This document shows positions 16,156-25,320 of a DNA stretch of 64,000 nt, piece by piece. Source of the stretch: Oscillospiraceae bacterium (lineage in GTDB: Bacteria > Bacillota > Clostridia > Lachnospirales > Lachnospiraceae); NCBI GenBank assembly GCA_021771715.1, contig JAETOO010000013.1:20553-84552 (forward strand), written 5' to 3'. Position 1 is the stretch's first letter, and every line of letters begins with the position of its first letter. The notes under the pieces are model-generated. The model was not told the origin of the DNA and searched no databases. It worked only from the letters and a program-made list of their open reading frames with translations. The translations under genes were made by a program, and so were the position numbers.

Positions 16156-16629
16156 ATGCGGCGTAAAGACAGAGCGATTACAGATTTCGATGCGATTGTG
16201 AAAATGATTGAGGAGTGCGACATCATCCGGCTCGGGCTTCTGGACGGGGAGCTCCCCTATATTGTGCCTGTGAATTTTGCGTACCGGACAGAAGGAGAGC
16301 AGATTGAGTTCTACGTCCACGGGGCTATGGCGGGCAGGAAGTATGAGCTGATGAAGCGAAACGGAAGCTGTTCTTTTGAGATGGATGTCCCGGTGAGAAT
16401 GGAGTGCATGTATGAGACTGGGGACATCACGATGCGCTATAAGAGCGTGATGGGGACAGCCAGAATTGAGTTCCTGGAGGGAGAGGAGAAGCAGCAGGCG
16501 ATGGAAAAGGTTCTCCTGGCTCGCTATGAAGAAACAAAAGCGTTTCCTTACAATAAAAAGGTGATGGCGAGGACTGCGGTGGCGAAGCTGACGGTCATAG
16601 AGCTCAGTGCGAAGGCAAATCTCGGATGA
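16156..16629 (+). CDS. Pyridoxamine 5'-phosphate oxidase-like FMN-binding protein (Pyridox_ox_2 / Nim-related family)
   Basis: The 'MRRKDRAITD' start, 'LPYIVPVNFAY' and 'IEFYVHGAMAGRKYELMKRN' match the Pyridox_ox_2 pattern. RBS gaaggag. Confidence 0.78.
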   Translation: MRRKDRAITDFDAIVKMIEECDIIRLGLLDGELPYIVPVNFAYRTEGEQIEFYVHGAMAGRKYELMKRNGSCSFEMDVPVRMECMYETGDITMRYKSVMGTARIEFLEGEEKQQAMEKVLLARYEETKAFPYNKKVMARTAVAKLTVIELSAKANLG

Positions 16630-16825
16630 GATGGAAGCTGCTTCCTGCTCACACAGTTGCGGCCTTGCTTTTATCATAATGCCGGTGCAAGAGCCTTCGT
16701 ACTCAGAGGTTGCCAGAAATTCTGCGACCGTTGAAATAGTAAGAAGAATGGGAATCCGGATGCGCTGGTGTCGCGCAGGCTGAACTGCGACGAAAAGAGC
16801 GCGATAGCAGAAGGGATAGAAAAAG

Positions 16826-16866
16826 AAAAAGTGGGGAACCCGTATCTGGGCATTCCCCACTTTTTG
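16826..16866. terminator. Bidirectional terminator
   Basis: Stem gtggggaa (16831-16838) / ttccccac (16853-16860), with an A-run before and a T-run after. Lies between the + strand gene at 16156 and the 3' end of the - strand GH43 gene. Confidence 0.6.
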
Positions 16867-17081
16867 CATCGCCGGATATCATGCGCGGCTATTCGTGCAG
16901 AAGATTTCTGCTTTTTGGTATACGTACCTGTAGTTTTGGGATTACCTGGCCCTTATTAAGGGGGTATTTCAAGTAGCAGTTACTCTGTTTTCTACACACA
17001 GCAGCAGTTCCTGGCACTTCGAGGTGTTTCTGAATGCTGCGCAAATCGGCAGCATACAGTCCCTGTCATCCCCGGAACCCA

Positions 17082-19853
17082 TCATCCTTCTGCGTACAGC
17101 TCTGCGACTTCGGTGGCTGTGAGTGCGCCGAAGTAGACTTTGACATCGTCAAACTTCGCGTCCCGCACGTCCTCATCGCCCCAGATAAATCCGCTGCCGA
17201 CGTAGACGTCCTTCGCCATTGCGATGCCGGTCTTGTTCTTCTTGAAACAGTCGGAGATGTTCTTTTCCTCCTCGCCGACCAGGACGCCGTTCAGGTAGAC
17301 GCGGATGCCCTGCGTGTCGACGGTGTAGACGACGTGCTGCCAGGTGTCGCGCTCGCCGTTTGTCGTGAGCAGTGCGCCCTGGACGTCACTGTAGGCGTTC
17401 GCGTTGATGCGGGCGATCAGGTTCGCGCCGATCCGCGTCAGCGGGTACTGGTGGTCCGCGTCAGCCTCGAAGAGCGCGCTGTGCTCAAATGTGTCCGCGC
17501 CGATGTTTACCCACATCGCGACGGTGTAGCCGGACGGGCGGACGTCGGAGAGCGTGTCCTCCGGGAGCTTCAGGTAGTTCACACCCTGTGCGCCTGCCTC
17601 GTTGGTGATCTGGAGGACATTGCCGCGGCTCTCATCCGCGACGATCGCTGCGGTGCCGACGAGCTCTGCGCTTCCGGTGCCTGTCGAGCCGTCAGCCGGG
17701 GCGATGGAGGTGCCGTCAGCCGGCGTCTCGAAGTCATAGTCATAGATGAGGTAAGCGTTCTGGCGGACGGTGACCTTGTAGGTCTCCTCGACGACTGCGT
17801 CGCCGTGGGTGATCGTCGCGGTCAGCTTCGCGCGGGTGTCCTCCTCGCTGCTGGAGGTGACCTCGCCGGTCTCGCTGATGATCGCCGGATCCGAGGTCGT
17901 CCAGGTCACGTCGGCGCCCATGACGGAAGTCGGAAGCTCGATGTTCTCGCGCGTCGCGGTCGGGATCAGCTGAGCGATGGAGACGGCCGCCATGTTCGCG
18001 AGCATCTCGTCATCCTCCATGTCGATCATGCTGCCCCAGATGCTGGTGTTGTTGGCGCCGATCGCGGAGAACGTCATGACCGGAGTCTCGTCGGAGTTCT
18101 CTTTGTGCTGGCGGAAGAAGTAGCCCTTGTACGTCACATCGTTCATCTCGAAGGTTACAAAATCGAAGCCTGCTCCGGAGTCACTCTTTGTCCAGGTGCC
18201 GGTTGCCGCGCCGGAGACGGTGCCGTTCTCATTCAGCGTGAGCATCTGAGTGTCGAGCATGTTTCCGTTTGTCTTCGTGCCGTGGTCGATAAACTCGTAG
18301 GAGCCGACGACCTCGCTGTTCTCATAGTGGGTCGGCTGCTCGCCGCGGTATTCGTAGACCGCGGTGACCGGCCAGAGATCCTCGTTGAGGAACTGCTGGT
18401 GCACGCGGACCTCGTGTGCCTCGAGCTGCGGGTCGACGTCAAAGCGCTGATGGTAGACGAGGTAATGAGCTCCGTCGTCGTCGATCAGGGCCGAGTTGTG
18501 TCCCGCCGCGCGCTTGCCGATCTGGTTGTAGAAGCCGTAGTTGCCGATCAGCTTGATGCCGTAGTTGTCATTGGAGTCCCCGCTGTCAGCGGCGTTGTTG
18601 CCGGCTGCGTCGAGGTAGGGGCCTGTCGGGTTCTCGGAGCGGAAGAGGCGCATGTTGTAGCCGCCCTCTGCGGTCAGTCCGCCGTAGGTTTCATAGAAAT
18701 AGTAGTAGCCCGCCTGCGCGTCATAGCGGATGTACGGTGCCTCGCCGGACTGATGGTTGCCGCCCGCCAGGTGCACGCCGAAATAGCGGTCGACAAAGTT
18801 GCCGGAGGTCTCGTCGGTGGAGTCGACGCCCGGGTAGATTGCCTTTCCGGTCGCGCGGTCCAGCTCGAGGAGGAAGAGCCCTCCGGACCAGGAGCCGTAC
18901 GACATGTACAGGCGCTCGCCGTCCGCGTCAAAGAAGAGGTTCGGGTCGATTGCGTTCGGGGCGTAGAGATTGTTCCAACCGCCCACGGCGTCGAACCAGT
19001 TGTCGCTGATCTCGTCGATGCCGCCGTTCGCACTTCCGAGCGCGAGCAGCTCGTTCAGGTTCAGATAATCGTTGTCCCACTTTGTGTCGCGGGAGCCGTT
19101 TCCGTCGACTGCGCCGGTCTTGGTGAAGCCGGAGTAGACGATGGTATCGCCGTAGGTGTACGGCCCATTGAAGTCCTTTGCCACGAGGTAACAGATGCAG
19201 GAGCGGCGCCAGGTAGAGGAAGTGCAGCAGTAGAGCATCCACGCGCCTGTGTTGCCGTCCTCCCACTCGTAGTAGGGATTCCAGATCGCGTCGGGCGCCC
19301 AGACAGCATAGCCGCCGACGCAGTCGCCGTCGTTGTAGCCGGCCCACTGAAACGGCTCGGCGAAGGTCTCCTGCAGGTTGCCGTAGAACGGAGTGTTCTC
19401 CGGGTTGCCGTAGTCAAAATTGAGCTGCTGCCACTGGATCAGATCCTGTGATTTCGCGGAGGCCGTGTGGGAGCCGAGCACATAGTACATGCCGTCTGCG
19501 TCGCGGACGATAGACGGGTCATGGACGGTCACATGGGCTGGCTCTGTGGGGACGGCATCGGCGGCGTCCCCGGCCGGTGCGAGCTCGACGGCCTCCTCGA
19601 TGACAAGCGTTTCCTCCTGGGGAGCTTCGGTGGAAGATTCCTGGAGGACGAGAACAGGCTCCGTCTCATCGGCAGCCGGTGCGATCTCTTCTACAGCGAG
19701 TTCGGTCGCCTCGGTGGTTTCTGTCGATTCCTCAATGAGCATCTCCTCCTCGGCCTGTGCAGAGGCGAGCAGGCTGGTGGACAGGGCCGCCGAGAGGATG
19801 GTGGCCAGCAGAGTGCGCTGCAGACGGCTGCGCCGCATGGTTTTGTCTGTCAT
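17082..19853 (-). CDS. Secreted glycoside hydrolase family 43 enzyme with Ig-like and LamG (concanavalin-like) C-terminal domains
   Basis: Start at MTDKTMRRSRLQRTLLATILSAAL (signal peptide, RBS aggaagga). Acidic E/T/A linker. 'VHDPSIVRDADGMYYVLGSH', 'YAVWAPDAIWN' and 'EAPYIRY' are GH43 propeller motifs. C-terminal 'YTVAMWVN...WQHVVYTVD...RVYLNGVLVG' is LamG-like. Confidence 0.85.
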   Translation of the reverse strand: MTDKTMRRSRLQRTLLATILSAALSTSLLASAQAEEEMLIEESTETTEATELAVEEIAPAADETEPVLVLQESSTEAPQEETLVIEEAVELAPAGDAADAVPTEPAHVTVHDPSIVRDADGMYYVLGSHTASAKSQDLIQWQQLNFDYGNPENTPFYGNLQETFAEPFQWAGYNDGDCVGGYAVWAPDAIWNPYYEWEDGNTGAWMLYCCTSSTWRRSCICYLVAKDFNGPYTYGDTIVYSGFTKTGAVDGNGSRDTKWDNDYLNLNELLALGSANGGIDEISDNWFDAVGGWNNLYAPNAIDPNLFFDADGERLYMSYGSWSGGLFLLELDRATGKAIYPGVDSTDETSGNFVDRYFGVHLAGGNHQSGEAPYIRYDAQAGYYYFYETYGGLTAEGGYNMRLFRSENPTGPYLDAAGNNAADSGDSNDNYGIKLIGNYGFYNQIGKRAAGHNSALIDDDGAHYLVYHQRFDVDPQLEAHEVRVHQQFLNEDLWPVTAVYEYRGEQPTHYENSEVVGSYEFIDHGTKTNGNMLDTQMLTLNENGTVSGAATGTWTKSDSGAGFDFVTFEMNDVTYKGYFFRQHKENSDETPVMTFSAIGANNTSIWGSMIDMEDDEMLANMAAVSIAQLIPTATRENIELPTSVMGADVTWTTSDPAIISETGEVTSSSEEDTRAKLTATITHGDAVVEETYKVTVRQNAYLIYDYDFETPADGTSIAPADGSTGTGSAELVGTAAIVADESRGNVLQITNEAGAQGVNYLKLPEDTLSDVRPSGYTVAMWVNIGADTFEHSALFEADADHQYPLTRIGANLIARINANAYSDVQGALLTTNGERDTWQHVVYTVDTQGIRVYLNGVLVGEEEKNISDCFKKNKTGIAMAKDVYVGSGFIWGDEDVRDAKFDDVKVYFGALTATEVAELYAEG

Positions 19854-20148
19854 GTTGATCCTTCCTTTCTGGTGAACATATAGTTTAGAAAAACCTAAAA
19901 TAATTAAGATAAATCTATTATAAACGAATGCTCCGGGAATAGCAAGCGGGAGATGAGCAAAATACCGGAAATATTTTTGGAAGATCAGAGCAAAGATCGG
20001 TGAAAAGACGGAAGGGAAAAGGAGCGGACGGGCAAATTCGTCAAAATCATGTCGGCGGACAGAAAAACACCCTGCGGGGAAAACCACCGCAGGGTGTTGG
20101 AGTAAGAACTGACAGCAGGAACTGGTGTTTCTGCAAGATCAACGCCTC

Positions 20149-20333
20149 GCCGGATCAGTGGCAGGGCAGAACCTCTACCGGACCGGTAGTTACAGTGTCC
20201 CTGCCGGGTCCGCGGCGAGACTGAACTTCTGCCGGATCGGTGGAAGCAGTGCCTTTGCCGGGTCCGTGGCGAGGCAGAACCTCTGCCGGATCGGTGGAAG
20301 CAGTGTCTTTGCCGGATCAGTGGCAGCAGTGCC
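20149..20333. repeat. 54-bp tandem repeat (two ~27-bp half units), about 3.4 copies
   Basis: Units begin gccggatcagtggcagggcagaacctcta..., gccgggtccgcggcgagactgaacttct gccggatcggtggaagcagtgccttt and gccgggtccgtggcgaggcagaacctct gccggatcggtggaagcagtgtcttt. The last partial unit is the final codons plus stop (20317-20319) of the - strand NifX-like gene. Confidence 0.9.
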
Positions 20334-20742
20334 CGCCGTCCTCGTGGTCGTGGCTGTGACCGCCGCAGCCGTGGTCGCCGCAGGTGTGTCCCTCGCCGTG
20401 CTCGTGGCTGTGATGGTCGCAGTGTACGTCGGGATTGTAGTCGAGGCTGCCGGCGAGGAGCGCTGCGACTGCCTCATCTGCGCTGCCGCTGCAGCCGCCG
20501 TAGAGGCGGATCCCCATCGACGCGAGCGCGTTCTGTGCGCCGCCGCCGATGCCGCCGCAGATCAGGGTGTCGACGCCGTACTCGGTCAGAAAGCCGGCGA
20601 GTGCGCCGTGGCCGCTTCCGTTCGTATCGACGACGATCGAAGAGACGACATGACCGTCCTCGACCTCGTAGAGCTTGAACTGCTCGGTGTGTCCAAAGTG
20701 CTGAAAGATTTCTCCGTTGTCAAAGGTAACTGCGATTTTCAT
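20317..20742 (-). CDS. NifB/NifX-type (Nitro_FeMo-Co-like) domain protein with His/Cys-rich tail
   Basis: Internal ATG (20740-20742) preceded by a strong RBS taggagga. 'MKIAVTFDNGEIFQHFGHTEQFKLYEV...GHGALAGFLTEYGVDTLICGGIGGGAQNAL' fits the family. The last 35 aa contain 12 His and 5 Cys. Confidence 0.75.
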   Translation of the reverse strand: MKIAVTFDNGEIFQHFGHTEQFKLYEVEDGHVVSSIVVDTNGSGHGALAGFLTEYGVDTLICGGIGGGAQNALASMGIRLYGGCSGSADEAVAALLAGSLDYNPDVHCDHHSHEHGEGHTCGDHGCGGHSHDHEDGGHCCH

Positions 20743-21201
20743 GGGTTGTAGTCCTCCTATCATGGTTATTTGTTGTGTTGTCTGGCTGCGCGGGCCGATG
20801 CCGGCGGCACACAAGCGAGCATCTGGAGCAGGGGAAGCGTCCGCTGTGGCACATAAAGGTTCCGTGGAACGGCGGCACCGCTTCCGGCAGCCTCTGCCGC
20901 ATGCGCTGTCATACCGGGAGCAGAGCTGGTAGTCGCCGCCGGTGATGAGGAGGCGTCTGCCGTTCACGATCGCGTCGGCGAGCTTGCGCCTCGCTTCATT
21001 GTAAATGCTCTGCACGGTCGTGCGGGCGACCTGCATCTGACGGCTGCACTCCTCCTGTGTGCTCCCCTCGAGGTCAATCAGGCGGATCGTCTCGTACTCG
21101 TCAACGGTCAGGATGATGTCTCCGGCGGCGGGACCATCCGGGCGGAAGCAGGCTTGCTTCGGCAGGCAGCAGATAAAACGTTTCTTCGGTGGTCTGGCCA
21201 T
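20317..21201 (-). CDS. DUF134 (UPF0251) DNA-binding protein whose frame continues without a stop into the NifX-like domain
   Basis: 'MARPPKKRFICCLP...FRP...LTVDEYETIRLIDLEGSTQEECSRQMQVARTTVQSIYNEARRKLADAIVNGRRLLITGGDY' is the DUF134 pattern (RBS aaaggaag). The ORF track shows no stop before 20317. It is unclear whether this is a true fusion or two products. Confidence 0.6.
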   Translation of the reverse strand: MARPPKKRFICCLPKQACFRPDGPAAGDIILTVDEYETIRLIDLEGSTQEECSRQMQVARTTVQSIYNEARRKLADAIVNGRRLLITGGDYQLCSRYDSACGRGCRKRCRRSTEPLCATADASPAPDARLCAAGIGPRSQTTQQITMIGGLQPMKIAVTFDNGEIFQHFGHTEQFKLYEVEDGHVVSSIVVDTNGSGHGALAGFLTEYGVDTLICGGIGGGAQNALASMGIRLYGGCSGSADEAVAALLAGSLDYNPDVHCDHHSHEHGEGHTCGDHGCGGHSHDHEDGGHCCH

Positions 21202-21397
21202 AGGGCTTCCTTTCTCGTACATCGATGCGTTGATGCCGCACGGCCCATGCATCGGCGGTGCACCGCGACGTCCGGCGATCGATCAGCAGTGCATCACGCC
21301 GTACGGCTTGTCAAATGCCGGCGCATCTGTATGGTAGTCGGTTGTTATCATACCGCCGTTTCTGACATATGTCAATAATAAAATAAAAATAAAGTCG

Positions 21398-21425
21398 TTG
21401 CTATTTCCGATGCGGATGCTATACT
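21398..21425 (+). promoter_or_regulatory. Candidate promoter for the small ORF and topB
   Basis: TTGCTA (21398-21403), 16-nt spacer, TATACT (21420-25), in an AT-rich divergent intergenic region. Confidence 0.35.
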
Positions 21426-21462
21426 GAGAATACGAGATTGGGAGGATAGATAGGAGGAAGGA

Positions 21463-21663
21463 ATGCGGATGGAGGAGACGACGGAGCTGGAGCGCTATCG
21501 CCGGATGAGAGCGAGTATTGAGGAGCGGTATGCGGAGGTCAGCGGCCGGATGGAGCAACTGAAGGCGGAGGGAAAAATCAAGTCCGCGACGTACCGGCAG
21601 TATTATGCGAACAAAATGATATACAAAAATATGCTGGATTTGTATCGGCTGTACGATTTATAA
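21463..21663 (+). CDS. Small coiled-coil hypothetical protein (66 aa)
   Basis: RBS aggaggaagga. The charged helical sequence ends 37 nt before topB. Confidence 0.4.
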   Translation: MRMEETTELERYRRMRASIEERYAEVSGRMEQLKAEGKIKSATYRQYYANKMIYKNMLDLYRLYDL

Positions 21664-21700
21664 ATAGGAAAGGACGCCAAAGGTTACGGCGGAAAGGAAT

Positions 21701-24058
21701 ATGAAGACACTTGTTTTGGCGGAGAAGCCGTCTGTGGGCCGCGATATCGCGCGGGTCCTGCACTGTGCCCGGAAGGGGGACGGCTATCTGGAGGGAACGG
21801 ACTACGTTGTGACATGGGGCTTGGGGCATCTGGTGGAGCTGCAGCCCCCGGAGGGCTACGACCCGAAATACCGCGAGTGGAGGAGCGAGGATCTCCCGAT
21901 TATGCCGGAGCGCTTCGAGACGTCGGTGATCCCGCAGACAGGAAAGCAGTATAAGGCCGTGCGGAGCCTGCTGCAGCGCAAGGATGTCCGGGATGTCGTG
22001 ATTGCGACGGATGCGGGCCGCGAGGGGGAGCTGGTGGCGCGGTGGATCCTGCAGAAGGCGGGATGCGCGAAGCCGTGTCGCCGGCTGTGGATCTCCTCGG
22101 TGACGGACAAGGCGATCCGGGAGGGCTTCGCGCGGCTGCGGGATGCCAAAGAGTACGACAATCTGTACCGGGCGGCGCTCTCCCGGGCGGAGGCGGACTG
22201 GCTGGTCGGGCTGAATGCGACGCGGGCGCTGACCTGCCGCTACAACGCGCAGCTCTCCTGCGGGCGCGTGCAGACGCCGACGCTCGCGATGATTGCAAAG
22301 CGCGAGGAGGAGATTCGCAGCTTTCAGTCCAAGCCGTACTATACGGTGCAGGCGGAGGCGGGGGCGATCCGTTTCCAGTGGCGCGATGCGTCGGGGAGTA
22401 TGCGCACGTTTTCGCGGGAGCGCGCGGAGGCAGTCTGCGCGGCGGCAAAGGGCGGCAGCCTGACGGTGACGGCGGTGGAGCGGAAGAAGAAGCAGACGCC
22501 GCCTCCGCTGCTCTATGATCTGACGGAGCTGCAGCGGGATGCGAACCGACGGTTTGGGTACTCGGCGAAGGAGACGCTGAACGTGCTGCAGCGCCTCTAC
22601 GAGACCCACAAGGTAGTGACGTACCCGCGCACGGATTCCAGGTACCTGACCGCGGACATCGTGATGACGATCCGGGAGCGGCTCGACGCGTGCGGCACGG
22701 GCCCGTACCGCGCGGCGGCGGGAAAGGCAAAGCGCAGGCCGCTAAACGGGAAGCTGCCCTTTGTCAACGATGCGAAAGTGACGGATCACCACGCGCTGAT
22801 CCCGACGGAGCAGCCGCCGGAGTTCCGGCACATGACGATCGACGAGCGGAGGCTCTATGATCTGGTGGTGCGGCGCTTCCTGGCGGTCCTGTACCCTCCG
22901 TATGAGTATGAGGAGATGACGGTGCACGCAAAAGTCGGCGGCGAGGAATTTCTCGCGCGCGGGCGCACCGTGCTCCACGAGGGCTGGCGGGAGGCCTACC
23001 GGGAGCTGCCGGAAGCGGACGCGGTGTCCGCAGGGCGACACGGCGCCGGAGACAGGTATCCAGACGGTGCGGGGGGATACGCGGAAGGCAGATATCTGCA
23101 CGGCGCGGAGAAGTACGCGGGAAACAGGTATCTGAATGGCGCGGAGAAATATGCCGAAGACAGGTATCTGGATGATACGGAGGAAGGCGTCGGGGAGGCG
23201 CAGGAGGAGCTGCGCGATCAGCTGCTGCCGGAGGTGCGGCAGGGAGAGCGGCTGTCCGTGCGCAGCGCGAGCTGCAGGGAAGGAAAGACAAAGCCGCCCG
23301 CGCATTTCCGGGAGTCGACGCTGCTCTCGGCGATGGAGAACCCGGTCGCTTTTCTGACGAGCGGGGACCGGCTGCAGGCGAAAACGCTGGCCGAGACCGG
23401 CGGGCTTGGCACGGTGGCGACGCGCGCGGATATCATCGACAAGCTGTTCGGCAGTTTCCTGCTCGAGAAGAAGGGGCAGGATATCCTGCTGACGGCGAAG
23501 GCGCGCCAGCTGCTCTCGCTGGTGCCGAAGGAGCTCAAGCAGCCGGAGCTGACGGCGGACTGGGAGCTTCGGCTGGCGCAGATCGCGGACGGGCGGATGC
23601 GCCGCGACGTGTTCATGCGCGAGATCCGCGACTACACCAGGGAGCTGCTGCGCGAGATCAACACGCAGGAGGGCACCTACCGCCATGAGAACCTGACGAA
23701 CAAGAAGTGCCCGAACTGCGGCAAGCGATTGCTGGCTGTGAACGGGAAAAATGCGAAGCTGCTCGTCTGCCAGGACCGGGCGTGCGGCTACCGGGAGACC
23801 GTGTCGCGCACCTCAAACGCGCGCTGCCCGAACTGCCACAAAAAGATGGAGCTGGTCGGCAGCGGCGAGCAGGCAAAATTTGTCTGCGGCTGCGGCTACA
23901 AAGAATTGCTCTCCCACTTCAAGGAACGGCGCGCGGGGGAGGGCGCAGGCGTCACGAAGCGCGATGTTGCCGCCTATATGAAAAAACAGCAGAAAGCGGC
24001 GGACGAGCCGGTGAACAACACGCTGGCGGCCGCGCTTGCCGGAATCCGATTGGAGTAG
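21701..24058 (+). CDS. topB: DNA topoisomerase III
   Basis: TOPRIM start 'MKTLVLAEKPSVGRDIARVL', 'VVIATDAGREGELVARWI', 'YPRTDSRYL' active-site Tyr region, and C-terminal zinc ribbons 'CPNCGKRL...CQDRACGY' and 'CPNCHKKM...CGCGY'. Confidence 0.92.
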   Translation: MKTLVLAEKPSVGRDIARVLHCARKGDGYLEGTDYVVTWGLGHLVELQPPEGYDPKYREWRSEDLPIMPERFETSVIPQTGKQYKAVRSLLQRKDVRDVVIATDAGREGELVARWILQKAGCAKPCRRLWISSVTDKAIREGFARLRDAKEYDNLYRAALSRAEADWLVGLNATRALTCRYNAQLSCGRVQTPTLAMIAKREEEIRSFQSKPYYTVQAEAGAIRFQWRDASGSMRTFSRERAEAVCAAAKGGSLTVTAVERKKKQTPPPLLYDLTELQRDANRRFGYSAKETLNVLQRLYETHKVVTYPRTDSRYLTADIVMTIRERLDACGTGPYRAAAGKAKRRPLNGKLPFVNDAKVTDHHALIPTEQPPEFRHMTIDERRLYDLVVRRFLAVLYPPYEYEEMTVHAKVGGEEFLARGRTVLHEGWREAYRELPEADAVSAGRHGAGDRYPDGAGGYAEGRYLHGAEKYAGNRYLNGAEKYAEDRYLDDTEEGVGEAQEELRDQLLPEVRQGERLSVRSASCREGKTKPPAHFRESTLLSAMENPVAFLTSGDRLQAKTLAETGGLGTVATRADIIDKLFGSFLLEKKGQDILLTAKARQLLSLVPKELKQPELTADWELRLAQIADGRMRRDVFMREIRDYTRELLREINTQEGTYRHENLTNKKCPNCGKRLLAVNGKNAKLLVCQDRACGYRETVSRTSNARCPNCHKKMELVGSGEQAKFVCGCGYKELLSHFKERRAGEGAGVTKRDVAAYMKKQQKAADEPVNNTLAAALAGIRLE
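23040..23186 (+). repeat. In-frame 36-nt tandem repeat inside topB (about 4 copies, peptide GAEKYAxxRYLx)
   Basis: Consecutive units include ggcgcggagaagtacgcgggaaacaggtatctgaat and ggcgcggagaaatatgccgaagacaggtatctggat, with two more degenerate copies upstream. Peptide: GAGDRYPDGAGGYAEGRYLHGAEKYAGNRYLNGAEKYAEDRYLD. Confidence 0.88.
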
Positions 24059-24383
24059 CAAAGTGGGGAGGTCCAGGCGGCCAAGCAGTGACCGGACATT
24101 CGGATAAAGGATTTCCAGTGGGAGATAACAAAACGTGCGGTAGAAAATATTCAAAATTTTCGCAATAATTTGCTTGTGATTCGCAGGCCGACGTAGTAAA
24201 ATAGACAAAAGAAGAGAATGCCGAAGTATGGTTTTTGTGTATTCTTTACGGGAATGATCGGCGACGGCTCCGAATACACTGTGAGGTGTGAGCGGATGCA
24301 AGTCTCGAAGCGCAGAGGAACTGTACGATATGGACGTCGGTGTGGGGGATCTGAGAATCAGAAAGCGGGAATGGAGTGTTCAG

Positions 24384-25310
24384 ATGGAAAAGCTTTTGTT
24401 TGTGTACAATCCACGATCGGGAAAGGGACTGATTCGGAATAACCTTTCTTCTATTATAGAGACTTTTTCGGAGGGCGGCTATGATGTGACCGTTTATCCG
24501 ACGAAAAAGGAGCTCGATGCGTGTGAGACGGTCGAGCGGCGGGCAGGAGAGTTTGATCTCATTGTCTGCGGAGGCGGGGACGGGACTCTGGACGAGGTCG
24601 TCGCCGGCCTGATGCACGGCGGTCACAGAAAGACCGTTGGCTACATCCCGGCAGGGAGCACAAATGATTTCGCGGGTAGCCTTGGGATCCCGAAGCAGAT
24701 GGACCAGGCGGCGAAGCTGGTCGTCGAGGGGGAGCCCTTCGCGTGTGACATCGGACGGTTCAACGAGGACTATTTCGTCTATGTGGCGGCGTTCGGGCTG
24801 CTGACCGATGTCTCCTACCAGACACCGCAGGATATGAAGAATGCGCTTGGCCATGCGGCCTACGTGCTGGAGGGCATGAAGCGGATGGGCTCGTGGAAGA
24901 GCTGTCAGCTGACGATCGAGAGCGAGGAGTACACGGAGGAGAACGGCGAGTTCGTGTTCGGCATGGTCACAAATTCGAACTCCGTCGGCGGCTTTAAGGG
25001 GCTTCCGGGCAAACATGTGGAGCTGAACGACGGGCTTTTCGAGGTCACGCTTGTGCACGCCCCGAAGAATCTGATCGACTGGCAGGAGGCGATCACCTCC
25101 GTGCTGACGCACGACGAGAAGAGCCACATGGTCGTGCGGTTCAAGACAAAGCGGATCGTCATCCGCTCGGAGAAGCCGGTCGCGTGGACGCGCGACGGAG
25201 AGAACGGCGGCGAGCACACGCAGGTGGAGCTGACGAACCTGCAGGAGGTGCTGGAGATCATGACCGAGAGCCAGACAGAGCTGGCCGTGCACGGAGCGCC
25301 GCTCGGATGA
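24384..25310 (+). CDS. Diacylglycerol-kinase-family lipid kinase (YegS/BmrU type)
   Basis: 'LLFVYNPRSGKG', 'DLIVCGGGDGTLDEVVAGL' and 'VGYIPAGSTNDFA' are the DAGK catalytic-domain motifs. Start at MEKLLF (ATG 24384). Confidence 0.85.
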   Translation: MEKLLFVYNPRSGKGLIRNNLSSIIETFSEGGYDVTVYPTKKELDACETVERRAGEFDLIVCGGGDGTLDEVVAGLMHGGHRKTVGYIPAGSTNDFAGSLGIPKQMDQAAKLVVEGEPFACDIGRFNEDYFVYVAAFGLLTDVSYQTPQDMKNALGHAAYVLEGMKRMGSWKSCQLTIESEEYTEENGEFVFGMVTNSNSVGGFKGLPGKHVELNDGLFEVTLVHAPKNLIDWQEAITSVLTHDEKSHMVVRFKTKRIVIRSEKPVAWTRDGENGGEHTQVELTNLQEVLEIMTESQTELAVHGAPLG

Positions 25311-25320
25311 TGAAGCATGG

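Noticed and set aside
17034-19451. 805-aa ORF on the + strand
   Set aside because: It is entirely antisense to the well-supported GH43 gene. Its V/A/D/R/G-rich low-complexity translation is typical of shadow ORFs in GC-rich DNA. It has no RBS and no motifs.
20125-20751. 208-aa + strand ORF
   Set aside because: It is made of the 54-bp tandem repeat plus the antisense of the NifX-like gene, with an Ala/Val-rich low-complexity translation.
21578-23686. Several long - strand ORFs (343, 276, 314 aa) across topB
   Set aside because: They are Arg/Pro/Leu-rich shadow frames of a GC-rich gene. topB on the + strand is unambiguous.
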